Made by a program: the position numbers and the translations under genes. The notes beneath the pieces were generated by a model. That model was not told where the DNA came from. It was given only the letters and a program-made list of their open reading frames with translations, and did not search any database. From contig DASPSV010000012.1 in NCBI GenBank assembly GCA_035623755.1, forward strand, positions 3,641 to 67,640: a stretch of 64,000 nt of DNA. Reading direction: 5' to 3'. This DNA is from Gemmatimonadales bacterium (lineage in GTDB: Bacteria > Gemmatimonadota > Gemmatimonadetes > Gemmatimonadales > JACORV01). Shown one piece after another: positions 1 to 10,883 of this stretch. How positions within the stretch are numbered: position 1 is the first letter of the stretch; every line of letters begins with the position of its first letter.

Positions 1-163
1 GATGTACGAGACCTGGCACCTCATGCAGCGCTTCCTGCGGTCGGGGCTGTTCGACCCGCGCCCGACCATCACGCATCGCTTCCCGCTGGGGCGGATCGAC
101 GAGGCCATCGCCGCGATCCGCAGCGGCGACGCGGGCAAGGTGATCCTCGACATCGGGACGTGA
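1..163 (+). CDS. tdh: L-threonine 3-dehydrogenase, C-terminal fragment (5' part outside window)
   Basis: The frame from nt 2 reads MYETWHLMQRFLRSGLFDPRPTITHRFPLGRIDEAIAAIRSGDAGKVILDIGT* (stop 161-163). This resembles the conserved Tdh C-terminus (MYETW...ITHRF...GKVIL). It lies 4 nt upstream of kbl, the classical tdh-kbl pair. Confidence 0.8.
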   Translation, partial: MYETWHLMQRFLRSGLFDPRPTITHRFPLGRIDEAIAAIRSGDAGKVILDIGT

Positions 164-167
164 GCCC

Positions 168-1370
168 ATGACATCCGCCTTCGCCGCCAGGCTGCAGGCC
201 GAGCTGGACGAGTTCAAACGCACCGGCGTCTACAAGCGCCTCAACCATCTCGACGCGCCGCAGGGGGCGCGCACCGTGATGGAAGGCCGCGGCGACGTGG
301 TGATCCTCTCGTCCAACAACTATCTCGGCCTGTGCAGCCACCCGGACGTGGTGGCGGCGGGCAAGGCGGGGCTGGACCGGTTCGGTGCGGGCACCGGGTC
401 GGTGCGCTTCATCTGCGGGACCTTCACCGTCCACCGCGCGCTCGAGGGTGCCCTGGCGGACCTGGTCGGCGCCGAGGCGTCGCTGACCTACGTCTCCTGC
501 TGGAACGCGAACGAGGGGCTGGCCGCGACCGTGCTCGGGGAGCACGACGCCGTGATCTCGGACCAGCTCAACCACGCCTCCATCATCGACTCCATCCGCA
601 TCGCCCGGCAGATCAACAAGTGCCAGTCGCTGGTCTACCGCCACTCCGACATGGCGGACCTGGAGGAGAAGCTGCGCGCGGCCCGCGGGGCGCGCACCCG
701 GCTGATCTTCACCGACGGGGTCTTCTCGATGGAAGGCGACCTCGCGAAGCTGGCGGACATCTGCGAGCTGGCGCGCCGCTACGACGCCGTCGTCGCCGTG
801 GACGACTCGCACGCCACCGGCGTGATGGGAAAGACGGGCCGGGGCACCGCCGAGCACGCGGGCCTCCTGGGCCGGATCGACATCGTCACCAGCACGCTCG
901 GGAAAGCGCTCGGCGGCGCGGCGGGCGGGTTCACCGCCTCGTCCGCCGCGCTGTGCGACTACCTCACCCAGCGCTCCCGGCCGCAGCTGTTCTCCAACGC
1001 GCTTCCCCCGACGGTGGCCGCGAGCGCCCTGGCGGCCGTCCAGGTGCTGCGCGCGCACCCGGAGCTGGTGACGCGGCTCCACGACAACGCGCGCTGGTTC
1101 CGCGCCGCCCTCACCGAGGCCGGCTTCACGCCGCTGGAGGGCGAGACGCCGATCATCCCCGTCATCCTGGGCGAGACCGCGCTGGCGATCCGGATGAGCG
1201 ACGCGCTGCTCGAGGAGGGCGTGTTCGTCACCGGCTTCGGCTACCCCGTCGTCCCGCAGGGCCAGGCGCGGGTGCGCTGCCAGGTGTCGGCCGCCCACAC
1301 CCGCGAGGATCTCGAGCAGGCGCTCGCGGCGTTCACGAAGGTCGGACGGCGGCTGGGCGTGCTGCCGTAG
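168..1370 (+). CDS. kbl: glycine C-acetyltransferase (2-amino-3-ketobutyrate CoA ligase), PLP-dependent
   Basis: 400-aa ORF with the alpha-oxoamine synthase pattern: NNYLGL, DDSHATGVMGKTGRG, and TLGKALGG containing the PLP lysine. Adjacent to tdh. Confidence 0.92.
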   Translation: MTSAFAARLQAELDEFKRTGVYKRLNHLDAPQGARTVMEGRGDVVILSSNNYLGLCSHPDVVAAGKAGLDRFGAGTGSVRFICGTFTVHRALEGALADLVGAEASLTYVSCWNANEGLAATVLGEHDAVISDQLNHASIIDSIRIARQINKCQSLVYRHSDMADLEEKLRAARGARTRLIFTDGVFSMEGDLAKLADICELARRYDAVVAVDDSHATGVMGKTGRGTAEHAGLLGRIDIVTSTLGKALGGAAGGFTASSAALCDYLTQRSRPQLFSNALPPTVAASALAAVQVLRAHPELVTRLHDNARWFRAALTEAGFTPLEGETPIIPVILGETALAIRMSDALLEEGVFVTGFGYPVVPQGQARVRCQVSAAHTREDLEQALAAFTKVGRRLGVLP

Positions 1371-1538
1371 CGTTGCGAGACGCCGAGTCACGAGCGGTTG
1401 CGAGGGGGGGAAGCGGGGGCGGCCGGGACCCGTCGGGGGCCGGCCCGGCGGGGTCGCGGAGCCCCCGACTCTCGCCTTTTGGGACCCATCTTCCTATTTT
1501 GTGCGGTCGGTAAGCCGTTCCCAACTGCGAGGTTAGTC

Positions 1539-2177
1539 ATGACGCGACACCGCGCGCTGGCGATCGCCGCCCTGCTGACGCTTGCATCGGCCGCGCCGCT
1601 CGCCGCCCAGATCCAGGACTGGCAGTACCAGTGGTACTGGGGCGCCAAGGGCGGTCTGATCAGCTACTCGCTCCCGAACTCGAAGGCCAACCACCCGCAG
1701 ATCGGCGCCGACTGGCTGATCACGGCGAAGCGGACCGCGCTGTACGTCTCGTACTCCTCGTCGTTCACCAAGGACGGGGACACGTTCACCACCTCGAACG
1801 GGACCACCGTGCCGGTGGTGTTCGACGCGATGCAGCGCATCCAGATCGCCATCCTCGTGCTGCCGTGGAACGGCAACATCCAGCCCTACGTCGGCGGCGG
1901 CTTCGTGATCGAGACGCTCAGCAACGCGGCGGTGAACGCGACGACGCCCACCACGACGCAGACCCAGTTCGTCAACGAGAATTCGTCCGGCGGCTTCGCG
2001 CTGGCCATGGGAGGCGTCCAGCTGCGGGTCGGCAAGCTGGCGGTCTTCGGGCAGGCGCAGTTCAGCCCGCAGGGCCGCGGGTTCATGCTGCCCAACGGCT
2101 CGCTGTCGCTCGAGGCCGGCGTGCGGTACGCGTTCCTGGGAGCGCGCGAGAGCGGAGGCAACGCCTTCCAGCGCTGA
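1539..2177 (+). CDS. outer-membrane beta-barrel protein (OmpW/OmpA-like small barrel), signal peptide
   Basis: I chose the internal ATG at 1539 within ORF 1398..2177. It gives MTRHRALAIAALLTLASAAPLAAQ, a signal peptide. The rest has an alternating aromatic/hydrophobic strand pattern. The upstream part of the ORF is Arg/Gly-rich junk. Confidence 0.6.
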   Translation: MTRHRALAIAALLTLASAAPLAAQIQDWQYQWYWGAKGGLISYSLPNSKANHPQIGADWLITAKRTALYVSYSSSFTKDGDTFTTSNGTTVPVVFDAMQRIQIAILVLPWNGNIQPYVGGGFVIETLSNAAVNATTPTTTQTQFVNENSSGGFALAMGGVQLRVGKLAVFGQAQFSPQGRGFMLPNGSLSLEAGVRYAFLGARESGGNAFQR

Positions 2178-2198
2178 GTCGCGCCCCGGGGGCGACGA

Positions 2199-2234
2199 GC
2201 GGCCAGCCGGTCACCGGCTGGCCGCTTCGCGTTT
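2199..2234 (+). terminator. rho-independent terminator-like hairpin between convergent genes
   Basis: GCGGCCAGCCGG-tca-CCGGCTGGCCGC (12-bp perfect stem) followed by TTCGCGTTT, just after the stop at 2177. Confidence 0.55.
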
Positions 2235-2263
2235 CCGGTCCCCCCCCCCACCGCGGGCGGCGG

Positions 2264-2854
2264 CTAGCGCGCCCGGCTCACGAACGGGTCGTCGCGGATC
2301 CAGAAGCGCAGCGGCCAGTCCTTCGCCACGCGGATGCCGATCCGCGGCCCCGCCGCCACCCGCCGCGGCGGCACCCGCGGGCCCGCCGCGATCCACAGCG
2401 GCCGTTCCCCGAGGCGGTGGCCGTCGAGGCGCCGGTCGATCCCCAGCGCCTGCGTCAGGCGCGCCGGTCCCGACGCCAGCGCGACGTCGGGGACCGGGCC
2501 GCGGCGCTCCCGCATCGCCGCCAGGCCGCGCAGCGGCTCTGCGGCGCGGAGCAGCACCGCGGCCGGATAGCCCTCGCGCTCGGTGACGACGTTGACGCAC
2601 CAGTGCATGCCGTAGGTGAAGTAGACGTAGGCGAGGCCCGGCGGGCCGTAGAGCGCCTCGTTGCGCGGCGTGCGCCGCCAGCCGGCGGCGTGGCAGGCCG
2701 GATCGTGGGGGCCCACGTAGGCCTCCGTCTCCACGATGCGCGCGAGGCAGCGCCGGCCTCCCACCGAGGAGACCAGCAGCTGCCCCAGCAGCGCCCGAGC
2801 GACGGCGGCGGTGTCCCGCGCGAAGAACGCCGGCGGGAGGGGCCGCGCGCTCAC
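2264..2854 (-). CDS. DNA-3-methyladenine glycosylase (MPG/AAG family)
   Basis: The C-terminal 196 codons of ORF 2264..3934 read VSARPLPPAFFARDTAAVARALLGQLLV...IVETEAYVGPHDPACHA...GLAYVYFTYGMHWCVNVV, the MPG signature. The GTG at 2852-2854 overlaps the upstream stop (GTGA). Confidence 0.85.
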   Translation of the reverse strand: MSARPLPPAFFARDTAAVARALLGQLLVSSVGGRRCLARIVETEAYVGPHDPACHAAGWRRTPRNEALYGPPGLAYVYFTYGMHWCVNVVTEREGYPAAVLLRAAEPLRGLAAMRERRGPVPDVALASGPARLTQALGIDRRLDGHRLGERPLWIAAGPRVPPRRVAAGPRIGIRVAKDWPLRFWIRDDPFVSRAR

Positions 2855-4473
2855 GACTCCGGCGAGGACTCCTCGGGCTTCTTCTTGGACCGGCCCCGGC
2901 CGGTCGGGCGGCGGCCCGCGCCGCCCCGGATCCGCCGGCGCGCCCGGCCCTTCGACTCGGCGGGCGGCTCGGCCGCCTCCGGCGTGTCCGGCGTCTCGAC
3001 CTCCACCATCCCGACCATCGGCACGCCCGCCGCCGGCGCGTGCGGGTGCACCGACCCCCGGCGGTACCGGATCCCGCGCGCGTGCCCCGTGGGCGCCGGC
3101 GCGGACGGCGGCGCCGGAGCCGCCGGCGGCTCGGCAGCGGTGGCGGCCGGCGGCTCCGCCGCGCCCGCCCCCCGTCCCCGGCCCCGGCCGCGGCGGCTGC
3201 CGCGACCGGTGCGCGCCTCGCCCGCCGGCTCCTGCGCGGCTTCCTCCACCGGCTCGCCCGCCGCCTCGGCCCGCAAGGCGACCTCGAAGCCGCGCTCGTT
3301 CTTGGAGAGGTCCACGAGGTCCGCGTCGTGCGCCTGGCGCAGCAGGCGCCCGAAGCGCGGCCGGTGGAACAGCGGATCCTGCGCGCCGCCGTGCATCGCC
3401 TCCATCCGCTCGCGCACGAGGTCCTCGTTCACCGCGGTGGGCGCGAACGCCCCGACCTCGCGGAGGGCCCGCTTGAGCAGGTCGAACGCCTCGGCCAGCG
3501 ACAGCGTCCCGGCTCCCGCCGCGGCTCCGGCCGTCCCCGCCTCGGCCGGCTCCGGCGCCGGCTCGCCCGCGGCGCCACGCCCGCCGCGACGGCCCCGGCG
3601 CGAGCGCCCGCCGCCGGCCGCCCGGGCCCGGTCGTGCTCGGCCCGCTCCTGCCCGCGGCGCTCGTCGGCCCCGCCCGGAATCGGCGGCAGCGCCCGCTCG
3701 CCGCCCGGCGCCGTGGCGCCGAGGTCGATCTCGTACTGTCCGTTCTCGAGCTTGGTCGCGGTCAGCAGGCCGCGCCGCTTGGCCTCGTCCACGAACTTGG
3801 AGAACCGGCTCATGCCGACGTTCTTCTCGTCGAACGAGTCGTCCAGCTCCTGCATCACCTGCTTGAGCCGGTCCGAGCGCATCACGTCGTTGCGCTTCTT
3901 CATCTCCAGCACGGCGTCCACCACGAGCTCCCACGGGTCGCGGCGCTGCGTCTCGCCCTCGCCCTCGCGCGCCAGGCCGGCGAGCTCGTTGTAGGAGTAG
4001 TACTCGTCGCAGTTCTGGATCAGCAGGTCGGACGCCGACTCGCGGATGCCGACGCCGATGATGTACTTGCCGTACTCCTTGAGCTTGATCACGAGCGACG
4101 AGAAGTCCGAGTCGCCCGACAGCAGGATGATGGTCCCGATCTCGGGGCGCGTGAAGACCAGCTCCACGGCGTCGATGGCCAGCCGGATGTCGGTGGCGTT
4201 CTTCTTGTTGGAGCCGAAGGCCGGCGCGAAGATCAGGTCGATCGACGCTTCCGACAGCGGCACGATGTACTGCGGGTAGCGGCGCCAGTCGGCGTACGCC
4301 CGCTGCACCGCCACCTTCCCCCGGATGATGTCCGAGTTCATCAGCTTCCGCAGCTCGACCTGCAGGTCGGAGCGGATGCCCATCGTCACGTTGTCGAAAT
4401 CGATCAGCAGCGCGGCATTCGGCGCGTGCGCCGGCGGCTGTTTGCTCGCCGGACGCGGTGTCGGAAAGGTCAT
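2851..4473 (-). CDS. NYN/LabA-like (PIN-fold) protein with two OST-HTH/LOTUS-like domains and a long Arg/Gly/Pro/Ala-rich tail
   Basis: I used the ATG at 4473 inside the 1075-aa composite ORF. The product starts MTFPTPRPASKQ...LLIDFDNVTMG...ILLSGDSDFSSLVIKLKEYGKYIIGVG (NYN). Two helical OST-HTH-like modules follow, then low-complexity RGRGRGRG/PAAP sequence. Confidence 0.8.
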   Translation of the reverse strand: MTFPTPRPASKQPPAHAPNAALLIDFDNVTMGIRSDLQVELRKLMNSDIIRGKVAVQRAYADWRRYPQYIVPLSEASIDLIFAPAFGSNKKNATDIRLAIDAVELVFTRPEIGTIILLSGDSDFSSLVIKLKEYGKYIIGVGIRESASDLLIQNCDEYYSYNELAGLAREGEGETQRRDPWELVVDAVLEMKKRNDVMRSDRLKQVMQELDDSFDEKNVGMSRFSKFVDEAKRRGLLTATKLENGQYEIDLGATAPGGERALPPIPGGADERRGQERAEHDRARAAGGGRSRRGRRGGRGAAGEPAPEPAEAGTAGAAAGAGTLSLAEAFDLLKRALREVGAFAPTAVNEDLVRERMEAMHGGAQDPLFHRPRFGRLLRQAHDADLVDLSKNERGFEVALRAEAAGEPVEEAAQEPAGEARTGRGSRRGRGRGRGAGAAEPPAATAAEPPAAPAPPSAPAPTGHARGIRYRRGSVHPHAPAAGVPMVGMVEVETPDTPEAAEPPAESKGRARRRIRGGAGRRPTGRGRSKKKPEESSPES

Positions 4474-4481
4474 GGACTCCT

Positions 4482-6050
4482 TCAAGAGGCTGTGTGTTCG
4501 AGCGCCACGACCTGCGCCAGCTCCCGGCGCTTCACCTTGCCGCTGGCCGTCAGCGGCAGCGCGTCGAAGAACCGGACCAGGTCGGGCACCTTGTAGTCGG
4601 CCATCTGCTTCCGGGCGAACTCGGTGATGTCCTCGCCCCGGAGGATGGCGCCCTCGGTCGGTACCACGCAGGCGCACACCATCTCGCCGAGGATCTCGTG
4701 GGGGATCCCCACCACGCAGACTTCCTCGACGCCCGGATGCGCCCGCAGCACGTCTTCCACTTCGCGGGGGTAGATGTTGGAGCCGCCGCGGATGATCATC
4801 TCCTTGCGGCGCCCCACGATCCGCACGTACCCGTCCGCTTCCAGCATCGCCAGGTCGCCGGTGAGGAAGAACCCCTCGGGCGTGAACGACCGCCGCGTCT
4901 CGCCCGGCATCCGGTGGTAGCCCGCCATCACGTTCGGGCCCCGCACGGCCAGCTCCCCCACCGCTTCCTCGCCGTGCAGCTCTCCGGTCGTGACGTCCAC
5001 GATCTTGAGCTCCACGCCCGGCAGCGCCCGCCCCACCGTCTCCGCGCGGTGCACCGCGGAGTCGTCCGGCCGGGTGATGGTCACCGTGGGCCCGGTCTCG
5101 GTCAGGCCGTAGGCGATCTCGACGTCGCAGACGCGCCGGACCGCCGCCAGCAGGTCCGGCGGCACGGGGCTGCCCGCGACGATCCCGGTCCGCAGGGCCG
5201 GCAGGGCCGCGCGCGTGAACCCGCGCTCCCGCGCCAGGAGGTGGAACGCCGTCGGCACGCCGTGGCAGACGGTGACCCGCTCCCGCGCCATCAGCTCGAC
5301 GGTCGCGGCGGGCTCGCCCCGCTCGTCGAGCACCAGGGTGGCGCCCGCCGCCAGCGCACCGGCCACCACGCTGGCGCCGAAGATCGTGAACAGCGGCACC
5401 GCCGCCAGCACCACGTCCGCCTCCGTGAGGCGCAGCACCTCGTTCACCGCGGCCGCCGTCCCGACCACGTTCCGGTGCGTCAGGCACACGCCCTTGGGCT
5501 TCCCCATCGTGCCCGACGTGTAGACGATGGCCAGCAGCGCGTCGGCGTCGCGCGCCGCCGCCGGCGTGGCGAGCGCCGCCCCGCGCGACACCAGGTCCCG
5601 GTACGGCAGCACGCGATGGTCCCAGTAGTCGCCGCCGCCGACCGCCACCACGGACCGCAGGTCGGGCAGGTCGCCGAACAGCCCGTCGAACAGCTCGACG
5701 AAGTCCCGGCCCGCATGGCTCTCGGCGGTCACCACCACCGACGCCTCGGCATGGCGCAGCTGGTAGGTGAGCTCGTGGTGCCCGAGGCCCGGGTTCAGGG
5801 GGACCAGCGTGGCGCCCAGGCGCGCCGCCGCCACCGCCGCGGCGAGCCACTCCGGCCGGTTGGGGAGGTTGACCGCGATGGTGTCGCCGGCCTCGATGCC
5901 GAGATCGGCGAGCGCCGCGGCGAGACCCTCCGCCTCTCGGCTCACCTGGGCGTAGCTCTGCCGGCGCTCGCCGGCCACGGTGCACGGCCGGTCGGGGGAG
6001 CGCGCCGCGGCGGCCTCGAACACGTCGGCGAGATGAGCCGAGCCCAGCAC
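4482..6050 (-). CDS. AMP-dependent synthetase/ligase (acyl-CoA synthetase, FadD-like)
   Basis: 522-aa ORF with the AMP-binding motifs [24 protein letters not shown] and the C-terminal lysine context (SGKVKRREL). Confidence 0.85.
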   Translation of the reverse strand: MLGSAHLADVFEAAAARSPDRPCTVAGERRQSYAQVSREAEGLAAALADLGIEAGDTIAVNLPNRPEWLAAAVAAARLGATLVPLNPGLGHHELTYQLRHAEASVVVTAESHAGRDFVELFDGLFGDLPDLRSVVAVGGGDYWDHRVLPYRDLVSRGAALATPAAARDADALLAIVYTSGTMGKPKGVCLTHRNVVGTAAAVNEVLRLTEADVVLAAVPLFTIFGASVVAGALAAGATLVLDERGEPAATVELMARERVTVCHGVPTAFHLLARERGFTRAALPALRTGIVAGSPVPPDLLAAVRRVCDVEIAYGLTETGPTVTITRPDDSAVHRAETVGRALPGVELKIVDVTTGELHGEEAVGELAVRGPNVMAGYHRMPGETRRSFTPEGFFLTGDLAMLEADGYVRIVGRRKEMIIRGGSNIYPREVEDVLRAHPGVEEVCVVGIPHEILGEMVCACVVPTEGAILRGEDITEFARKQMADYKVPDLVRFFDALPLTASGKVKRRELAQVVALEHTAS

Positions 6051-6148
6051 AGTGCCCCCGGTGATGCCCAGCTTTCAATGATACTCAGGCGTCCGATGCG
6101 GAGCCAGCATCGGGCAAGGGCACAGTACCTAAGTGCCCGTGAACAGTG

Positions 6149-6290
6149 AAGTTGCCATACGCCAAGTTGTCAGTGGTTCCAAGCCGCCAGGCGTGAAGGG
6201 GCCAGTCCAGATGTCAGGTCTGGCAACTGGACTGGCCCTCGACCGCTCCCGTCTTGTAACCACTGTTCCCTTGCCGTCTGGCAACTGACC
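6149..6290. repeat. about 140-bp palindromic MITE/REP-like element, copy 1
   Basis: Terminal inverted repeats AGTTGCCA(T/G)ACG(C/G)CAAGTTG ... C(TT)GCCGTCTGGCAACTGACC, with a central hairpin GGGGCCAGTCCAG...CTGGACTGGCCC. It is clearly similar by eye to 21167-21306 (identity not computed). Confidence 0.7.
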
Positions 6291-6347
6291 GGCCCACCGC
6301 CAGTTCTGCTCACTTGAGACTGATGCAGCCGCCCCTAACTTAGCCTC

Positions 6348-7564
6348 GTGGCTCTGGCCTTCCGCCGCCGCATCTTCGTGTGGCTCGTCGCGGTCGCGGC
6401 GATCCCTGCCGGCGTCGGCATCGGCATGGCCCTGCTCGCGCCGCGACTCGCGGCGCCCGTCGGCGGCGTCGCCGCGTGGGACCGCGCGGCGGCGACGTGG
6501 CTCGAGGCCCAGCGGTCGCTCGCCCGCCAGCCCCTGACGCCGGCCGCGCGCGAGGCCCTGCGCCGCCACGCCGACGAGCTCGGCGCGTCCCTCGGCCGCG
6601 CCCGGCAGAGCCAGGCCATCCGCGACTCGTTCCTCCGCGTGCTCGCGGGCCTCGCGGCCGGCCTGGCGGCGCTCGTCGCGCTCGGCACGGTCCGCCTCGC
6701 CGGCCACCTGTCGCGGCAGCTCTCCCGCCCCATCGACGAGCTGATCGCCTGGACCGGCCGCCTGACGCGCGGCGAGCCGCTGCCCGACGCGCCGCCGGCC
6801 AAGGGCGCCCCCGAGTTCGACGTGCTGCGCGCCGCGTTCCGGGCGATGGCCGCGGACCTGGCGGCCGCGCGCTCGCGCGAGGTCGAGGCCGCCCAGCTCC
6901 GCGCCTTCCGCGACCTCGCGCGCCAGGTCGCCCACGAGCTGAAGAACCCGCTCACGCCGCTGCGCTTCGCCACCCAGCGCCTCGCCCAGGAGGCGCGGCC
7001 CGACCAGCGCGAGCTGCTCGAGATCGTCGAGGGCGAGAGCGAGCGCATCGAGCAGATGGCGCGCGACTTCGCCACGCTCGGCCGGCTCCCGGAGGGGCCG
7101 CCGGCGCCGGTGGACCTCGCCGAGCTGATGGAAACGCTGGTGAAGGGGACCGTGCCGCCCGGGATCGCGGTGCGCATCGAGCGCGCGCCGGACCTGCCGC
7201 TGGTGAGCGCGCACTACGAGCCGCTCCGCCGCGCCCTGCACAACCTCGTGCTCAACGCCTGCGACGCCTGCGAGGAGCGGCGCGCGGGCGCGCGGGCGCG
7301 CGGCGAGATCGCCGTGACGCTGCGGCCGGTGCCGAACGGCGCCGCGCCGGCCGTGGAGATCGCCATCCGCGACACCGGCGTCGGCATCCCGCCCGAGCAG
7401 CTCGGGCGCGTCTTCGAGCCATACTTCACGACCAAGGCCAAGGGCACGGGCCTCGGGCTGGCGCTGGTGCGGCAGACGATCCACGACCACGGCGGCTCGA
7501 TCGGCGTCGCCAGCGAGCCCGGCCGCAGCACCACCTTCACGGTCACGCTGCCGGTGACGCGCCC

Positions 7565-7568
<4 letters not shown>
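6348..7568 (+). CDS. membrane sensor histidine kinase (2 TM + HAMP + HisKA + HATPase_c), NtrB/AtoS-like
   Basis: N-terminal TM (IFVWLVAVAAIPAGVGIGMALL), a second TM/HAMP region, H-box VAHELKNPLTPL, N-box NLVLNACDA, and G-boxes DTGVGIP and GTGLGLALV. GTG start. Confidence 0.85.
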
Positions 7569-8941
<1,373 letters not shown>

Positions 8942-9053
8942 CGTGTCCGAACGACACGGGCCCGCTGCCCTCCGGGAGACAGGGGCGCCGCGAGGCGGCC
9001 GGTTGCGGACCGCCAAGTGTCGGGATTCATTTGACTTGAGAACGGCCGGGCTG

Positions 9054-9069
9054 CGGCATGGGCCGTGCC
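9054..9069 (+). promoter_or_regulatory. candidate sigma-54 (-24/-12) promoter upstream of 9104 gene
   Basis: CGGCATGGGCCGTGCC has GG (9055-56) and GC (9067-68) at the canonical 12-nt offset. The -24 half, GGCAT, is identical to the two stronger sites at 14891 and 25546. The -12 half, GTGC, is weaker than TTGC. Confidence 0.35.
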
Positions 9070-9103
9070 TTCAGGCGGCGCGGCACTCCTGCAGGAGCAA
9101 GGC

Positions 9104-10879
9104 ATGACCAAGGCGGCACTGGCAGCACTGCTGGTCCTCGCGGCGGCGGCCCAGGCACGCGCCCAGGACAGCACCATCCGGATCCGGCCCGCGCCCGTCG
9201 GCGCGGGCGAGCGGCTCACGCTGCGGCAGCTGCCGCGCGACGTCGCCGAAGAGGTCGTCCGGCTGTTCAACGCCGACAGCACGATCCGCCTCACCGGATC
9301 GACGCGCATTCCCGCGGCGCGCGGCGTCGAGGGCGACCTCGCCGTGCTCGGCGGACCGGTGGTGATCGGGGGCCGTGTCAGCGGCACGCTGGTCGTGGTG
9401 AACGGCGACGTGATCTTCGAGCCGGGCGCGTCGGTCGGCGGCAACGTGCTGGTCGTGGGCGGCGCCGTGCAGGGCGCGGACCAGGCGAGCATCCAGGGCG
9501 ACGTGCGCTCGTACCGCGATCCGCTGCGCTACCACCGGCAGGGCGACCAGCTGGTGTACGCGCCGGAGCGCGTGTTCCAGCCGCCGCGCTGGATCCAGCA
9601 GTACGACTGGGGCGAGGACCAGGGGAACCGCACCGGGATCCTGCTCGCGCTGGCGGGGACCTACAACCGCATCGAGGGCCTGCCCATCGTGTTCGGCCCG
9701 CGCGCCGACCTCCGCCTCGCGGACGACCTGCGCTTCCAGGCCGACGCGACCGCGATCTTCCGCACCAGCGACATTTCGTTCGACGGCAACGACATCGGCT
9801 ACAACGCGCGGGCGGAGCTCGTGGTCGGCGGCGCGACCCGCAACGTCGGCATCGGGGTGCGCGGCTTCGACGCCGTCGCGCCGGTCGAGACCTGGCCGCT
9901 CAAGGACTTCGAGGTCGGGTGGGCCTCGTTCCTGTTCCACCGGGACTACCGCGACTACTACCGGCGCCACGGCGGCAGCCTCTACGCCACGTTGCGGCTC
10001 TCCCCGCAGCTGTCGTTCACGGCGGAAGGGCGCGACGCGCGCGAGTCCTCGCTGGAGGCGCGGACGCCCTGGACCCTGTTCCGCAGCGACGAGGCCTGGC
10101 GGCCGAACCCCGCGATCACCGACGGCAAGTACCGCGCGCTGATCGCGTCGTTCCGGCTCGACACGCGCAACGACCGCGGCTCGCCGAGCGCCGGCTGGTA
10201 CGTGACCGGCGAGTACGAGCTCGGCCACGGCGGCGGCGTCACCGGCGGCCTCGGCCCGCTGATCTGCGTCGTCGCGCCGTGCGTGGATCCGGCGCTCGCC
10301 GACGGCAACCTCGGCTACGAGCGCCTGGGGTTCGACGCGCGCCGCTACCTGCGCCTCTCGCCCACCGGCCGTCTCGACCTGCGGCTGGCCGGCGGGGGCT
10401 GGCTGGGCGGAGAGCCGCTGCCCCTGCAGCGGCGCCTGTCGCTGGGCTACCCCGACCCGCTGCCCGGCTACGGCTGGCGTCAGTTCAGCTGCGGCGGCGG
10501 CGCGGTGCTGGGGGAGCCGGCGCTGTGCGACCGCGCCCTGGTCGCCCAGGCGGAGTTCCGGACCCACCTCGGCTTCGACTTCGGTCCGAAGTGGGCGAGC
10601 GACTGGGGCGACGCCGGCGACGAGCACTACGAGCCGTTCCACGTCAGCGGGCCGGACCTGGTGGTGTTCGCCGACGCGGGGCGCGCGTGGTCGGTGTCGC
10701 GCAACGGGAGCGCGGGCCCCGACGTCCTCCCGCCCGACAAGCTCCCCACCCTGAGCAGCTTCCGCACCGACATCGGGCTCGGGCTCGACTTCGGGCCGCT
10801 GGGCTTCTATCTGGCCAAACCGCTCGACCAGGCCGACCGCACGGTGACCTTCACCGTGCGCATGGGCCGGCGCTTCTAG
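9104..10879 (+). CDS. outer-membrane protein: N-terminal bactofilin-like (polymer-forming beta-helix) repeats fused to an Omp85/surface-antigen-type barrel
   Basis: The ATG at 9104 gives the signal peptide MTKAALAALLVLAAAAQARAQ. GDLAVLGGPVVIGGRVSGTLVVVNGDVIFEPGASVGGNVLVVGGAVQG is a bactofilin-type repeat. The C-terminal half is beta-strand-like and ends ...TFTVRMGRRF (terminal Phe OMP signature). Confidence 0.65.
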   Translation: MTKAALAALLVLAAAAQARAQDSTIRIRPAPVGAGERLTLRQLPRDVAEEVVRLFNADSTIRLTGSTRIPAARGVEGDLAVLGGPVVIGGRVSGTLVVVNGDVIFEPGASVGGNVLVVGGAVQGADQASIQGDVRSYRDPLRYHRQGDQLVYAPERVFQPPRWIQQYDWGEDQGNRTGILLALAGTYNRIEGLPIVFGPRADLRLADDLRFQADATAIFRTSDISFDGNDIGYNARAELVVGGATRNVGIGVRGFDAVAPVETWPLKDFEVGWASFLFHRDYRDYYRRHGGSLYATLRLSPQLSFTAEGRDARESSLEARTPWTLFRSDEAWRPNPAITDGKYRALIASFRLDTRNDRGSPSAGWYVTGEYELGHGGGVTGGLGPLICVVAPCVDPALADGNLGYERLGFDARRYLRLSPTGRLDLRLAGGGWLGGEPLPLQRRLSLGYPDPLPGYGWRQFSCGGGAVLGEPALCDRALVAQAEFRTHLGFDFGPKWASDWGDAGDEHYEPFHVSGPDLVVFADAGRAWSVSRNGSAGPDVLPPDKLPTLSSFRTDIGLGLDFGPLGFYLAKPLDQADRTVTFTVRMGRRF

Positions 10880-10883
10880 GAGG

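Noticed and set aside
69-1391. Long antisense or off-frame ORFs throughout the track. Examples: 69..1391(-), 1631..3994(+), 6129..7490(-), 7214..9016(-), 9071..11293(-), 14926..16365(-), 16506..18284(-), 19696..21120(-), 22424..24643(+), 26778..28859(-), 34955..38818(+), 42571..45189(+), 45107..47941 5' part, 46622..48664(-).
   Set aside because: Their translations are Arg/Gly/Pro/Ala-rich low-complexity strings with no motifs. Each lies opposite or out of frame to a gene with clear conserved signatures. This is typical stop-codon-poor shadow reading in very GC-rich DNA.
2851-6078. A 1075-aa ORF that looks like one giant protein.
   Set aside because: It is a composite. Only the 3' part (2851-4473) is the NYN/OST-HTH gene. 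The 5' part is the antisense shadow of the acyl-CoA synthetase gene (4482-6050).
6279-6294. TGGCAACTGACCGGCC with correct GG-N10-GC spacing, about 55 nt upstream of the sensor kinase gene.
   Set aside because: The -12 half (CGGC) is poor. The sequence is simply the terminal arm of the palindromic repeat, and in the second repeat copy the spacing is off by one. It is probably coincidental.
10321-10345. GGGGTTCGACGCG and similar GTTCGA strings that resemble tRNA T-loops.
   Set aside because: They are embedded in well-supported coding sequence and no cloverleaf partner arms are present. I found no tRNA genes in the window.
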